A stretch of DNA of 64,000 bases from Macrostomum lignano. Taxonomy: Eukaryota. Position 1 is the first letter of the stretch; each line of letters begins with the position of its first letter. Under the pieces are notes generated by a model. The model searched no databases and was not told where the DNA came from. It saw only the letters and a list, made by a program, of their open reading frames with translations. The stretch spans positions 3,543-67,542 of the forward strand of contig NIVC01000893.1 in assembly GCA_002269645.1 (NCBI GenBank). The letters run 5' to 3'. Shown piece after piece: positions 46,282 through 60,240 of this stretch. The position numbers and the translations under genes were made by a program.

Positions 46282-49200
46282 ATGCCTGTTGAACTAAGAG
46301 CTGAGCTAACTCAAGGCAGCATATTTCTAGCTGGAGAGCCATTAGTATGCAAGATATGCATTTCAAATTGTGACCAGACTTATGAGTAAGTTTGTAATAA
46401 ATTACTTATAATAAATTTACAAAAGTCTGCTTTTTTAACTGACTAGGATAGCAAGAATGCAAAATAGAATTCTCCTGGATGAAGCATTTTTATTTAGAAG
46501 TGAGAAAAATTCAGCATTTTCCTACGAGCTTTGAGAATTCAGCAATTCCTTCATGAGCCTTGACAATTCAGCCATTCCCCATGAGCCTTGACAATTCAGC
46601 AATTCCTTCATGAGCCTTGACAATTCAGCAATTCCTTCATGAGCCTTGACAATTCAACAATTCCTTCATGAGCCTTGACAACTCAGCAATTCCCCATGAG
46701 CCTTGACAATTCAGCCATTCCCATGAGCCTTGACAATTCAGCAATTCCTTAATGAGCCTTGACAATTCAGCAATTCCTTCATGAGCCTTGACAATTCAGC
46801 AATTCCTTCATGAGCCTTGACAACTCAGCAATTCCCCATGAGCCTTGACAATTCAGCCATTCCCATGAGCCTTGACAATTCAGCAATTCCTTAATGAGCC
46901 TTGACAATTTAGCAATTCCTTCATGAGCCTTGACAATTCAGCAATTCCTTCATGAGCCTTGACAACTCAGCAATTCCCCATGAGCCTTGACAATTCAGCC
47001 ATTCCCATGAGCCTTGACAATTCAGCAATTCCTTCATGAGCCTTGACAGTTCAGCAATTCCCATGAGCCTTGACAATTCAGCAATTCCCATGAGCCTTGA
47101 CAATTCAGCAATTCCCATGAGCCTTGACAATTCAGCAATTCCCATGAGCCTTGACAATTCAGCAATTCCCCATGAGCCTTGCCATTCCCATGAGCCTTGA
47201 CAATTCAGCAATTCCCCATGAGCCTTGCCATTCCCATGAGCCTTGACAATTCAGCAATTCCCATGAGCCTTGACAATTCAGCAATTCCTTCATGAGCCTT
47301 GAAAGTTCAGCAATTCCCATGAGCCTTGACAATTCAGCAATTCCCATGAGCCTTGACAATTCAGCAATTCTCATGAGCCTTGACAATTCAGCAATTCCCC
47401 ATGAGCCTTGACAATTCAGCCATTCCCCATGAGCCTTGACAATTCAGCAATTCCCCATGAGCCTTGACAATTCACCCATTTCCCATGAGCCTTGACAATT
47501 CAGCAATTCCTTCATGAGCCTTGACAATTCAGCAATTCCCATGAGCCTTGACAATTCAGCCATTCCCCATGAGCCTTGACAATTCAGCAATTCCCATGAG
47601 CCTTGACAATTCAGCCATTCCCCATGAGCCTTGACAATTCAGCAATTCCCCATGAGCCTTGACAATTCAGCCATTTCCCATGAGCCTTGACAATTCAGCA
47701 ATTCCCATGAGCCTTGACAATTCAGCCATTCCCCATGAGCCTTGACAATTCAGCCATTCCCCATGAGCCTTGACAATTCAGCAATTCCCATGAGCATGAG
47801 CCTTGACAATTCAGCCATTCCCCATGAGCCTTGACAATTCAGCAATTCCCATGAGCCTTGACAATTCAGCAATTCCTTTATGAGCCTTGACAATTCAGCG
47901 ATTCCCCATGAGTCTGTTCCCCATAAGCCATATGTTATCAAATTCCCTAGGAGTCTCGTGGGCTGAACTCTAACCCGATAATCCAATGACAAATGACAGG
48001 AGTCCAATGCTGGCATGGGCCAGTGTACAGCTTATTTGCATGTGCTCAATAACTAAAGCGCCTGCAAAAGCATCTCAAGCAGTTAATGGCGAGACCTCAT
48101 TCATAGCTAATCGTGGCGAAACAGGCTTTACTTACATATCAACTAAGCCAAGCATACTGTTCTGCAATTTGGTGCTGCGGCCCGGCGAGTCAAAGTTCTG
48201 TAAGTACTATGGTGCAATCCAGTGGTAACTGGTACTTTTATATTATCTATCTGTATGCTGCTAGAGCCATGCTGATCTTGTTATTTGTGCTTTGCAAACA
48301 TAATCAACTCTACATATAACTACAAGTAGTCTAGAGCAGTTATCATATTGATCTGATTAATTATTGGAAAAGCTCTGTTTGAGTTAACAGGCTTGTAGCC
48401 TAGTGGTAAGAGCGTCGGACTCATGACTGAAAGGTCGGAGGTTCGATTCTCGACTCACTCAGAACAATTTGTGCCCTTGGGCAAGACACTTAACTCTGCA
48501 TTGCTTCAGTTCACCCAGCTGTAAATTTGGTACAAGCATTAGCTGGGGTAATTGAGGGTGTGTGTGTGTGTGGCGACACCCCTGCCATTCTTTGGACTAA
48601 ATAGTCGTAGGCAGCTGCGGCTGAGCTGTTGGTTGTACATCTGTTGCCCATTTAGTACAGACACAAGTTTTATAATTAGACGCTGAAGTGTCTGGCTTTC
48701 CCGCTAATGTATAAACGTTTTTAACGACTGAAACGACTGTTGAGTCACGCGCGCATCACGAGTCAGAGTTGTAGAATCGTAAAATAGTTGCGAAAAAATC
48801 GTCCATGAGTCGTTGTGTTAGCGCTTAACTTTCTACTGACTCGAGTAGACTAAATAGAGTTGTTATAAACGCAAAATGCGATTCTAATTCATTAAGGGAC
48901 GCGGATACACTTAAGACGCAACGCAATTGACTCTGGGAACGCTTCTTGGCTGCTAGGTACCGTTTCATAGAAGCTCTGGGGCCGGCAGAAGAGGCGTCAC
49001 TTTTCACTTGATCACCTCTTCACGCCCCCCCTCGCAGACGAATACGAGGAGTCGCTGCCCTGGGACGCTCCGCCCAGCCATCGAGGCGCGGGAATTCGCT
49101 ACTCCTACAAGCTGGTGTTGGGCGTGAGCTCGTTGCTAGGCAAAACCCAGCTGCTTCGGTTGCCATTTCGTGTACTGTCTGTGCACGGAATCAAACGGAT

Positions 49201-50015
49201 TGACCAAACCCTGAGCACTGGCGATGATGGAGGCGCCGCGTCTCAGGCTAATAAAGCCAATCCGTTTGTTGATTGGCATCCGGCCAATACTGATGAAGCA
49301 TCTCAGGTGCGTTTAATTGTCACTTGATCTTTAATAGTTGTTATTTAGCATTTATTAGTACTATGGTGTCCAGATAGTCATAAAGTTAATTTAACTACCA
49401 GCACTACCCATCGCGCAGGAGGAGACCATCCTTGCCCAGATATCGGCCATCACAGGCTCCAAGTGCCTGAGCGGCTACAACATTTGCAACTCGCAGGGCG
49501 GCCGTGTCACCCGGTTTAGCCTATTCAAAACCGCTTATAAGCTTGGCGAAAACGTACTGGGCGTATTCGACTTTGCCGACTGTACAGCCCAGTGCCTGGA
49601 CGTGAAAGTGTCGCTACAGAGTGTGGAAACTGTGTACCAGACGGAGGACAGCGGAGAACGCAAACCGGTTGCCTATCATACCTGTACTCACGCTGTTGAA
49701 CAGCTGGCCGCATTGGATCTGCAAGCTGCTCAGTTATTGTTGCATCTCAAGCCCAGTCTAACCCCCAGTTTTGCTACTAGGCACGCTGATTTAGCCTGGA
49801 AGCTGGCATTCGAATTTGCCACCCTACGTCAGCCAATTAACGATCGGCCGGCCCCGCTGCAGCCGTTGGCAACTCTATGGCAACCGCCAGCCACTGTGGC
49901 CACCGAGCACTTTGAATGGGAATTGCCCATCACTGTGTACGCTTGCAGTCCTCAGGCTATCACTGCGTCTAGCGTGTCTGCCTACGCCCCCAGCTGTTCC
50001 ATTGTGCTGGCTTGA
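46282..50015 (+). CDS. RGP1: RAB6A-GEF complex partner protein 2 (RGP1), 4 coding exons
   Basis: MPVELRAELTQGSIFLAGEPLVC / LAWASVQL..RGETG..ILFCNLVLRPGESK / PPSHRGAGIRYSYKL..LLRLPFRV / YNI..LFKTAYKLGE..WKLAFEF..FEWELPITV. Exons 46282-46385, 48000-48199, 49038-49306 and 49419-50015; phases consistent; 389 aa. Confidence 0.93.
46545..47905. repeat. 27-29 bp satellite (ATGAGCCTTGACAATTCAGCAATTCC[CT]..)n in RGP1 intron 1
   Basis: About 1.35 kb directly visible array. Confidence 0.97.
48391..48650 (+). mobile_element. tRNA-derived SINE (copy 3), in RGP1 intron 2
   Basis: A and B boxes plus the shared body. Confidence 0.85.
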
Positions 50016-50069
50016 AACTGTCCATGTCTCACGGCTGCAGATTTTTTATCGGGTGTCCTTGCATGACTC

Positions 50070-50408
50070 ACTCTTCTGGGGCAGAGATCCCTCACTACTC
50101 TGGGGCAGAGATCCCTCACTACTCTGGGGCAGAGATCCTCACTACTCTGGGGCAGAGATCCCTCACTACTCTGGGGCAGAGATCCCTCACTACTCTGGGG
50201 CAGAGATCCCTCACTACTCTGGGGCAGAGATCCCTCACTATTCTGGGGCAGAGATCCTCACTACTCTGGGGCAGAGATCCCTCACTACTCTGGGGCAGAG
50301 ATCCCTCACTACTCTGGGGCAGAGATCCCTCACTACTCTGGGGCAGAGATCCCTCACTACTCTGGGGCAGAGATCCCTCACTACTCTGGGGTAGGGATCC
50401 CTCACTAT
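50070..50408. repeat. 22-bp minisatellite (CTCTGGGGCAGAGATCCCTCACTA-like) after the RGP1 stop
   Basis: Directly visible array. Confidence 0.95.
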
Positions 50409-50967
50409 TCTTCCAATATCCATATCTAAAAAATAGTTTGTATGTATGTAGCTATGTGATAGATTTTAGTAGTCCAGATGCTATCCACTTTTGCCTTAAA
50501 GGAATGCTATGTTTCTCTTATAATTTGCTTTTTTCTAGTCTGATCTTTAATATTTTAAAAATTGTCGACTATTATTAATTTATTCAATATTTAGGATGCT
50601 TAAACATTCTGTAGTGCACTGGATTCTGTCAGCTAATGTCTGTTGAGCTACTCTTTATTGCCAAATGAATAATTAACTAAACTCAGTCGATCACCAGCAT
50701 AGAGCTTTATTTAATTTCAATATGCTCCTCTCAAATGTATATAGCTAATTTGAACGTTTTTTGCTTGTTGTTAAGCATGGTGAATGGAAACAATAAATAT
50801 TGACTACTTATAGTAGCCCAATAAGCCGTTGATTTACCTGTATTTGACCAAATTGAACAAATAAAGACTAATTCTGTGTTACTGTTTTCCAGCAGAAGCT
50901 TTCGATTCTTATTTTTAAAGACCCATACACAGTTCGGGAATGTGCATGTAACCTAGCCTTGCAGTGG

Positions 50968-51710
50968 ACTAGAATTGACCCGCAGTCATCAGACTGCATA
51001 TGACCCATATAGACTGCCACACTGCATGACCCGCAGTCATCAGACTGCATATGACCCATAAACACTGCCACACTGCATGACCCGCAGTCATCAGACTGCA
51101 TATGACCCATAAACACTGCCACACTGCATGACCCGCAGTCATCAGACTGCATATGACCCATAAACACTGCCACACTGCATGACCCGCAGTCATCAGACTG
51201 CATATGACCCATAAACACTGCCACACTGCATGACCCGCAGTCATCAGACTGCATATGACCCATAAACACTGCCACACTGCATGACCCGCAGTCATCAGAC
51301 TGCATATGACCCATATAGACTGCCACACTGCATGACCCGCAGTCATCAGATTGCATATGACCCATATAGACTGCCACACTGCATGACCTTCGGATGGCAT
51401 ATGACCCAAACAGACTGTCACACTGCATGACCTTCGGATTGCATATGACCCAAACAGACTGTCACACTGCATGACCTTCGGATTGCATATGACCCAAACA
51501 GACTGTCACACTGCATGACCTTCGGATGGCATATGACCCAAATAGACTGTCACACTACATGACCCGCAGTCATCAGACTGCATATGACCCAAACAGACTG
51601 TCACACTGCATGACCTTCGGATTGCATATGACTCAAATAGACTGTCACACTACATGACCCGCAGTCATCAGACTGCATATGACCCATATAGACTGCCACA
51701 CTGCATGACC
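50968..51710. repeat. 51-bp minisatellite with a shorter variant block
   Basis: (CATGACCCGCAGTCATCAGACTGCATATGACCCATAAACACTGCCACACTG)n. Confidence 0.95.
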
Positions 51711-51812
51711 CACAGGGGATCTATATCTATTGTAATGTTAGTCTTCAGTTTGACAGATTTCAATCATAAAGTACTTTTGCCATTGTTAATTTATCGAGAA
51801 TTTTAACTTCAG

Positions 51813-52172
51813 GCTTCTTCCTCTCTATCAGCTGAGAGTCTTGACCGCGAGGAGGACAGCAGCGACATTCCGGCGACTGTCCCGACGGTGGCCAATCGGC
51901 CTGATGCTGCTTGTGCTGGCGGTTCCCAGCCAACTGGTTCAGTGAGGCTCCGCAGTGCAGCTGTGTCAGCCATGTACCAGAGGCACTCCAGCGCCGACCT
52001 GCTGCTGGGAGCATCGGCTCCTGGCGGCGCCAGCTGTCAGCAGCTGCCACTGTTCGGCGGCGCCACCCGTCGTCGGGATCATTCAACGTCGCCTTGCCGG
52101 CCTCAGCACCAGCCGCTGCAGCAGGAGCAGCAACAACAGCATCGCAGACTGAAATTCAGCTCCGGCTGCAGT

Positions 52173-52204
<32 letters not shown>

Positions 52205-53247
52205 GTTGTTGCATCTAAAAGCCAAGCGCAGAATTCGCGGTGATCATCACCATCACCATCATAACAGGCGTGTAGCCATGCGTTGTGCGTCACCTTTGGC
52301 GCCGACGCAGAGCACTGCCGTGTAAGTCAATTTGCCTCGGAAGGGAATTTCTCAGTCAGGTGAAAGTCTCACGGCAAATTTCTTGGCCAGGTAAAAGTCT
52401 CGCGGAGAATTTCTCGGTCAGATAAGTTTCACGGGGGAATTCGACTGTAAAATAAGTCTCACAGGGAATTCGTCGGTCAGATAAGTTTCACGGGGGAATT
52501 CGACTGTAAAATAAGTCTCACATGGAATTTGTCGGTCAGATAAGTCTCACGGGGAATTTCTCGGCCAGGTAAAAGTCTCGCCGAGAATTTCCCGGTCAGA
52601 TAAGTCTCACGGGGAATTTTTCGATCAAATAAGTCTCACAGGGAATTTCTCAGCCGATAAAAGTCTAGCAGGGGAATTTACACGCGCACTCAGGTGCACG
52701 CGAGTGCCCAGAAGCTGCATCTGAGCTCATGTTTCGCACCTGAAAATTCCTCATTAGCAGCAGCAACGGCTCCTCCAGGCTGCCACCCCGCCGGCCGCCC
52801 AGCCAATCCGATCCAGACGGCGCCGACTGCGAGGACAACCGCGACTGCGACGACGATGATAATGACGAAGAGGACGAAGAAGACTGCGATGAAGCAGACG
52901 AGGATGTCGACTGCGGCTTCGGCCTGATGCGACATTCGTCGGAGCCGCCGCCGCCGCCGTCGTCGGACGATCGCGACGACGAGAACGCAGCAGCGGCAAC
53001 AGTCAAGACTGGCGACTCTGCCGCAGCGGCGGTCGACGAGGCCGAGGCGATGGGTGAATGCGGCTGCTGCTGCCATCATCATCATCTGCGTCGGAGACGC
53101 CTGCGGCGGAGGCCGGGCGGCGGCGGCGGATTCAGCGGCAGTGTGGAGCTGGTGTGGCGACTGCGGCAGATGGTGACAGACCGGGACAGGCGAATCAGAT
53201 CGTTGGAACGCCAGCTGAGCGAGCTGAGGGCACTCGCTGATGGGTGA
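51813..53247 (+). CDS. Uncharacterised low-complexity protein (poly-Q, poly-H, acidic tract, C-terminal coiled coil); 5' end uncertain
   Basis: GC-rich exons about 51813/51832-52321 (donor GTAAGT) and 52758-53247 join in phase 2; ends LRQMVTDRDRRIRSLERQLSELRALADG. Confidence 0.6.
52330..52680. repeat. About 31-bp intronic minisatellite (CAGATAAGTCTCACGGGGAATTTCTCGGT-like)
   Basis: Directly visible degenerate array. Confidence 0.85.
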
Positions 53248-53264
53248 TTTGATCACACTCACAA

Positions 53265-53750
53265 ACCCTAAGCTTCATCACAAACCCAAAGCTTCATCAC
53301 AGACCCTAAGCTTCATCACAAACCCAAAGCTTCATCACAAACAATAAGCTTTATCACAAGCCCTAAGCTTCATCACAAACACTCAGCTTCACCACAAACC
53401 ATAAGCTTCATCGAAACCCTGAGCTTCATTATAAAAGCTAAGCTTCATGACACCTCAGCTTCATCTCAAAAATCTAAGCTTCATCACAAATCATAATCAT
53501 CACCAATCCTAATCATCATCGCCAATCCTAATCATCATCGCCAATCCTAATCATTATTGCCAATCCTAATCATCATCACCAATTCTAATCATCATCAGCA
53601 ACCTAATCATCATCACCAATCCTAATCATCATCATATCCTATCCTAATCTTCATCACAAAACCTAAGCTTCATCACAAACCTAAGCTTCATCACAACCCT
53701 AAGCTTCATAACACCTTAGCTTCATCCCTAAAATCTAAGCTTCATCACAA
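53265..53750. repeat. About 19-bp repeats (AAACCCTAAGCTTCATCAC and AATCCTAATCATCATCACC types)
   Basis: Directly visible, immediately after the stop codon. Confidence 0.85.
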
Positions 53751-56700
53751 AACCCACACTTTAAGCTATTTGTTTTAAAAAACAAAAGTCATTAAGCTCT
53801 AAATTTTTCCTGAGGAAAAAATACTTGCCTGTTAACTATTTAAGTTTTGTATCTCGATTACACTTTTTTCGGTATTCGCGACCTCGGTTATTATTTCAAT
53901 TTGTTGATTTGCTTAACATTCTCTGGCCATTATTAAGTGTGTATTGTATTACTGCCGGAAAAATTATTTAACATACTGATATTCTGTATTGGTTTTATAC
54001 TGCTTTATTTGCACAGAGCTGCTACTTTGTGCACATATTACTTACTAAGTAGTCTCAGTGCACCCACTTATAGTTTTAGATTTTTTGTTTATTTTGAATT
54101 TATTTCGCATTTATTACTTCAACTTAAAATCGTCTTAAATAACAGCTTTGTAACGTGTTATTTGCTTCAATCTTTATGCACACTGCGATACACATTGAAT
54201 TTATATTAGAACTTCTTTAAGTTCATTAGTCATATTTTTCTATTCATTAGATGCTATATTTTATTAGTAACCGTTCCACTAATCGATCAGTTTATATTAA
54301 TTATAGACTATTTTTTCTTCACTAAATCCAATAAAAGAGATTATGCAATATTCATAAATTCTTGTACGCATGTCTTGTAGCTTGAATAGCATAATAATAT
54401 TCCTGTTCTGCAATTTGCTTGCTGCATAGCATACTGTTGTTGTCGAGCATAACGCTGGCAGGTTGTTTCTACTGCTTGCACTTCAATGTGCCGTGACAGT
54501 CAAGTTGTCATCAAAATGCTTGATATATTTTACATGATATATTAAAATTACACTATTTTATTTACCTAAAAGTACACACATTTTATACAATTATAAATAT
54601 CTTATACTATTGGTTTTTCTTCTGTTATTCAAGTTTACATTGTGTGTAGTTTCTCAGAGAAAGAACCTTATTACACCTACAGAACTTGCCTCTTTATTAT
54701 CCTTGGCTACAAGCTGTACCCTCGAACTAAAAAGTGAGTCTGTGATTAGCCTCTAACAGTAAATGCAAGTGCTGTAAATGTATATGTACATGTACATGAG
54801 CAAGGTGTAAATAAGATGTTTTGAGGTGTACATGTATATACGTACATGTAAATGTAATGTGGTCTGTTACACACTTCGCAGTTTTGATATCCTGTTCAGT
54901 TATTTTGAACATGCAAACTAAAATGGTTCTAAACATGTAGTTACTTTAAGTTTATAGGTTGGAACTATTAGAAATAAAATAAATAGACAGACAGCACAGC
55001 ACGGCTCGTTGGAACAATTAAGGATTTGTAGGACCAATTGTCCCAGTTAAGATACTGAAAGTAAGTCAATTGAAACGCTAAAGCTTCGCTTGCTTTAAAA
55101 TATTTTTTCTGAGACGAGTCTCGACTTTCAAGCTAGGTATTTACAAACTTTTTTATACTACATAAAACTTGAGATTTTTAAATGTAAAAATTTCTTCGAA
55201 AAGCCTAAATCACGATTTGACGTCTTCATTCAAGACTCAAGTGCATTGACCAGTGACCACCATTGCCAAATAATAAAACGATACAAAGCCTTTCATAAAT
55301 TGTATAAGCTTTATTGTTAGTTCCTTTTCAGTTGACCTGCTACTTAAACATGTCTTCAAGCGTAAAGTAAGTACCGATGAATCTTATCTTTTCTCTTGGC
55401 CTAATCTAATTTAGTAAAAATTATTTCGATGCAGGTGTGCTATAGTCCCAGGCCAGTCCCTACAGACTACAGTATCAGCTAGTTCTCAAAGTCATTTTAC
55501 TTTTTTTCTCTCGTCATACAGTTGAAAACGCGTATTTCATTATCCAATAATTATACTGCAATCCTAATTTGGACTGCAATGATTCGGTTTTTGTCATCAA
55601 TTTGGATAGAGTCCTAGGTTAAATCTTAGGCTTAGCTCACTTAACTCTTGAGCCTCGAGTCGAATCTGACTATAAAAATTGCATTTTGGTCTATAATCAA
55701 AATGAACCAGCAGTCAGCCTTTTAATTTAAAAAGCAAAAGCCAAAACTTAGGCCTATTTTTTTACTACTCTATCAAAAATAGATTAATTAGGCCCCTAAT
55801 CAATTTATTTTGTTTAACCTATAATATAATACTATTATATAGTATATATACATAAAAATTCATGTTTGAGGAAAGTCAGGAATAACTTACCTGGTGTACT
55901 TTACTTAGACTCTAAAATGCATGTTGTATTTTATGCCATTGGCATAATGGACCTTTTACCTTTTGTGCTCTATCTTCAACTGCTTGAATAGGCCTATTGA
56001 CTTATTCTACTTGGCAGTTGAGATGGTGTTAACCTATGGCTAAAAGCTATTCCCATCTCTATAATTAATACTAAAACTGGTGCATACTAATACTAAAACT
56101 GATGCAATGTTTGTCTGTATATATGTTGCAATTTTTTCTCCTAGACTAATTGCAAGTCAGTATTGAAACTTATATGGGAAAACTGCAAGTTTTCTAGATC
56201 AGGTTTAAGGCTATTTTATTTTTTAAGTTTCATATTTTACCATCCCTAAAAAAGCAGAAAACTGCTTTTAACCTTCTTTGGCCCTTCTGTCTTTCTTTTT
56301 TCACTTTGTAAAAAAACCACCCCAACCTCTACCTGTGGGTCACTGTGTATTGGGGGGAGAGGGTGCGCATATTCTGCTTCTGCATTCAATGCTAATAAAA
56401 CCCTGCATGTTGGGGGTTGAGTTAAAGTTAATGATTCCCCTTGGAATGGGGGGGGTTGGCCTTGGGTTGTATGTACATAGCAGTTGTACAGTGTAATCAG
56501 ATAGGATGGTGCCAAAATTAATTGGTTTTATTATCGGTGCCTTTCAATATGCAGCCCTGTGTATTTGCTAGGCAGTGAAATTTAATGAATTAACTTGCAA
56601 GCCTTTCAATATAGCAAGCAAGCAGTCTGCAAATGGGAAAGTTTCAAATGCTAACTGTTCCTTGATTTTTCAACTTTGAAAAGAGAGATTTATATTGCTA

Positions 56701-57374
56701 GAAAGATTTTGCAATGCTGAGTTCGAGGATATAAGTTGCTTGCTTCAAATCAACTTTGAATCATAGCATTCAAATCAACTTTGAATGCTATGAAAATAAA
56801 AAGCATAGCATTCAAAAAACATTTGCATACTTTTAACTTTCTGCAAAGATTGTTTTCATTTTTGCAATACGTAATAGATAGTTTCAGTGTTCAATGTCTA
56901 CTCGCCTCTGTTTATTGGGGAGAGGGTTAGTCGTTGTGTGTTAAAAGGTTATTTAGATTTTGCAACCATAATTTTAATAACTCTAACTGAGACTGATACT
57001 GACTGAGAAATGGATTGCACATAAATTTATTCAATTGGTTCATTTTTTATTATTAGCACCTTTTAACATGTAACTCTCTGAACCATTGAACCAAAGCTTC
57101 TACCTTGAATATTTTATGCTTGACAATAGAAAGCATTTTTTATAGATTTAATATCTTCAATTTACCAGAGTCTTAATTGACTCTAACTTGATGAAGATAG
57201 TATTGACTAAATATATAAATTGCAATTTGACAGAGATTATATAGATAGATTGTAGTTTATCAAAAGTGATTTTGATGAAGTTCAGTCTCATGAAGAGAAT
57301 TTCATAAAAATTTTGTAAAAAATTTTTGATAAAAAAAGAGGATTTCAATGGAGTTTGCACCTTCAGTCAGTCAG

Positions 57375-58235
57375 AGAAGAGAGTAAAGAGAAGAGAAAAG
57401 AGATTATAGAAAAGAGAGTAGAAATGAGAGAGGTAAGATTAGACATGACAGATGGGAGAGAAGAGAAGAGGAGATGAGAGGGGAGATATGAGATAGCAGA
57501 GAGGAGACAGGAGAGATAATAGGAGAGAGAAGAGAGGAGGGATAAGAGTGTACGGAGAAAATAGAAGAGAGGAGAGAGTAGAGGAGAAAGAAAAAGAGTA
57601 GAGATGAGAGAGGAGAGGAGAGAGAAAAGAGAAAAGAGGGGAGAAAGGAAACAGGAGATCGAGAGTAAAGACGAAAGACGAGGGAGAAAAAAGAGAGTAG
57701 AGATGAGAGAGTTAAGAGAAGAAAGTAGTGAGGAGAAATAAGAGGGTAAAGATGAGAGTGCAGAGAGGAGAGATGAGAGATGCGATGAGAAAAGACAAGA
57801 GATGAGTGAGAAAATAAGAGAGAGTGGAGATTAGAGATTAGAGGAGAGAAGAAAGGAGAGGTGAGAACAGGGAAGACATGAGATGGTAGAAAGGAGGGAA
57901 GAAAGATGGGAGATAAGAAAGGAGAGGGTGGGAGTGTATAGGAGATAGAAGAAATGAGAGCAGAGAGGAGGGAGAAAAGATAAGAGAGAGAGGGTAGAGG
58001 AGAGACGATAGATATGAGAGTAGATATGAGAGGAGAGAGAAGCGAGAGAAGGGAGAGAGTAGAGAGAAGATAGATAAAAGATCAGAGATAAGAGATTTGA
58101 GAGGAAAAAGTAATGAGGGGAAAGAAGAGGGTAAAAGAGGAGCACAGAGAGGAGAGATGATAGATTAGACAGGAGAGATGAAAAGAGATGAGAAACTAGA
58201 GATGAGAGAGCAAAGAGGAGAGAGGAGACAGGAGA
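57375..58235. repeat. GA-rich low-complexity tract
   Basis: Purine-rich simple sequence. Confidence 0.9.
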
Positions 58236-60240
58236 GTCTGAGTCTGGACAATGGCAATCAGTTTTTACAAACATGGAAAACAAGATATGGTATTTGAAAG
58301 GTTTTGTAGACGATTTAGAAGATGGGATTCAAGTCATGGAATTTCAGCTGATGGATTTCAGGGAATGGAATTCTGGCAATGGGAGTTTTATCGCCTTTTT
58401 CCTCTGGAGGAGGAGTTCTACTCGTGACTATTATTTGTGAGGCAAGCTTAGAAGCTTGTCATTTTCATCTCTTGTACAATATCTTGGGCATCCAATTCCT
58501 TAATATATAAGCAATGCCAAGTTAGCAACCTAGACCTGTGCCTCTCTTTGTTTGCACTCAAATGCCCAACACCTAGCTACATCACTTAAACTCATTTCTC
58601 TGATTTGCAAGCTCCAGGCCTTACCTTTCAATCTATAACTAGGCTCAACTTAGCTATTTTCTACCAATGGTTGCTTTGCTAACCTCTTAAGCTGTTTAAT
58701 AATAATAATAATGCCATATATGCACATTGTAGTTAAAATGTTTGGGGCTATAGCTAAGACAGATAAAGCCAATTTTGGTTATCTAGCATTTGCCACCACA
58801 AAGAATTATGGTGGCATTTCTATGGTGGCAATTAATTACATTCTGAAACAATTCAAGAGGCTTTTGCTACCCAATCTTCTTGGAAACCAATGACAAGTCA
58901 AGTAGGCCATTGCTTTCACCCAAGATCTCAGAAAGCATTGGATATTTTATTGGCCTACTTAAGTTATTTAAAAGTTTAAAAAAGAGAGAAAAGAGGGGAA
59001 AGAGAAGGAAAAGAGGAAAGAAGGGAAAGGAGAAAGGAGAAGATGGGAAGAAAAAAAATAGTCAAGTTGATAAGCATTAAGCAACACAGATGCATTTTGC
59101 ACTGCCTATTGAGCACTATTCATAGTTGCATTTCTATAGTTTCCATAACTAGCAAAATATACCAATGCCCTATCTATGATATTGTTTCCAGGTATCACTA
59201 GCTATTAGCATAGTGCAACCATTGCAAGAAAGTTATAGAAAGTTAAAGAAAATTTCCTTGCTTTTTGGATACTGAAATGGATATAAGTTGGTTATAAGAA
59301 AAATTGAGATATAGATACAGGAAAATTTTAGTTATGGCAAAATTTTAAAGTATAACAGTTAAAAACAAATAAAAAAGCAATAACTTTTCAGACATTTGGC
59401 AAGAAATATATATTAGAATAGTATTGCTTGAATTCTGAAATTTATCATTGGTCTACTTGGCTTGTTGTTAAGCATGTGTAAAATAAAGACCAGATGCTCA
59501 ATGTAAAAAAATAAATAAAGTTTTGCTCAATAAATGGTTGATTTTGTATTCCTAAGTAAGATCTTTGATTACATCAAGTATCATATTTTCATGTGTTTCA
59601 AGTATTATGTGTTTACTATAGGCTATCTATTTTAATTTTCCTAGGTTGGCTTTAACCATAGATTCTAAAAGAACTAGATGGGGCCACTCAGGCATGTATG
59701 CTTAGTAAAACAGCTTTCTACTTTCAATTCAGTAGCAAAGAAGAATAAATAGGCTAGGCTAGACTAGAGTAAAGGTATAATGAGTCAGTCTGAAGCGAAA
59801 AATGATTCTTATTCAAAATACATATAAAATGTACAATCATATATTGTACATACATATAAAAATGTTTTAATCTTTCTATAGTAATTGAATTGTTGACCAT
59901 TTACAACAAAATAAAGTACTCCTAATATAATAAAGGGGGTTGACAACTTTTTGCTGCTAGCATCTTTTGGCAACCACAAATTAACTGCTGAATCTACTTG
60001 TAGCCTTGAACCTATTCTACTAAACCGAATCTTAGAACCTAAACATAAATCTCAACCCTAACCTAAGTTCCAACCTAAAACTTAAGCCAAACCTAAACAC
60101 AAACCCCAACCCTAACCTAAACCTCGGCAATCAAATGGTTGGCATTTAAAAGTAGGAAAAGTGTATTGTATGTAAACTCGTCAATCTTCATACACTCCAA
60201 GTACTTCGATTTTATTCATTTTTCCCCTGTAATTCGCTAG

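Noticed and set aside
50968-51710. CTGATGA on the minus strand of every 51-bp unit as a possible hammerhead array
   Set aside because: No GAAA half-core or stem arrangement; CTGATGA lies within a simple GCAGTC/GACTGC hairpin.
54900-60240. Search for the HSDL2 first exon (expected short M...NTG) and other exons
   Set aside because: Several GTAAGT donors were seen (about 55061, 55366), but none with a convincing in-phase coding exon.
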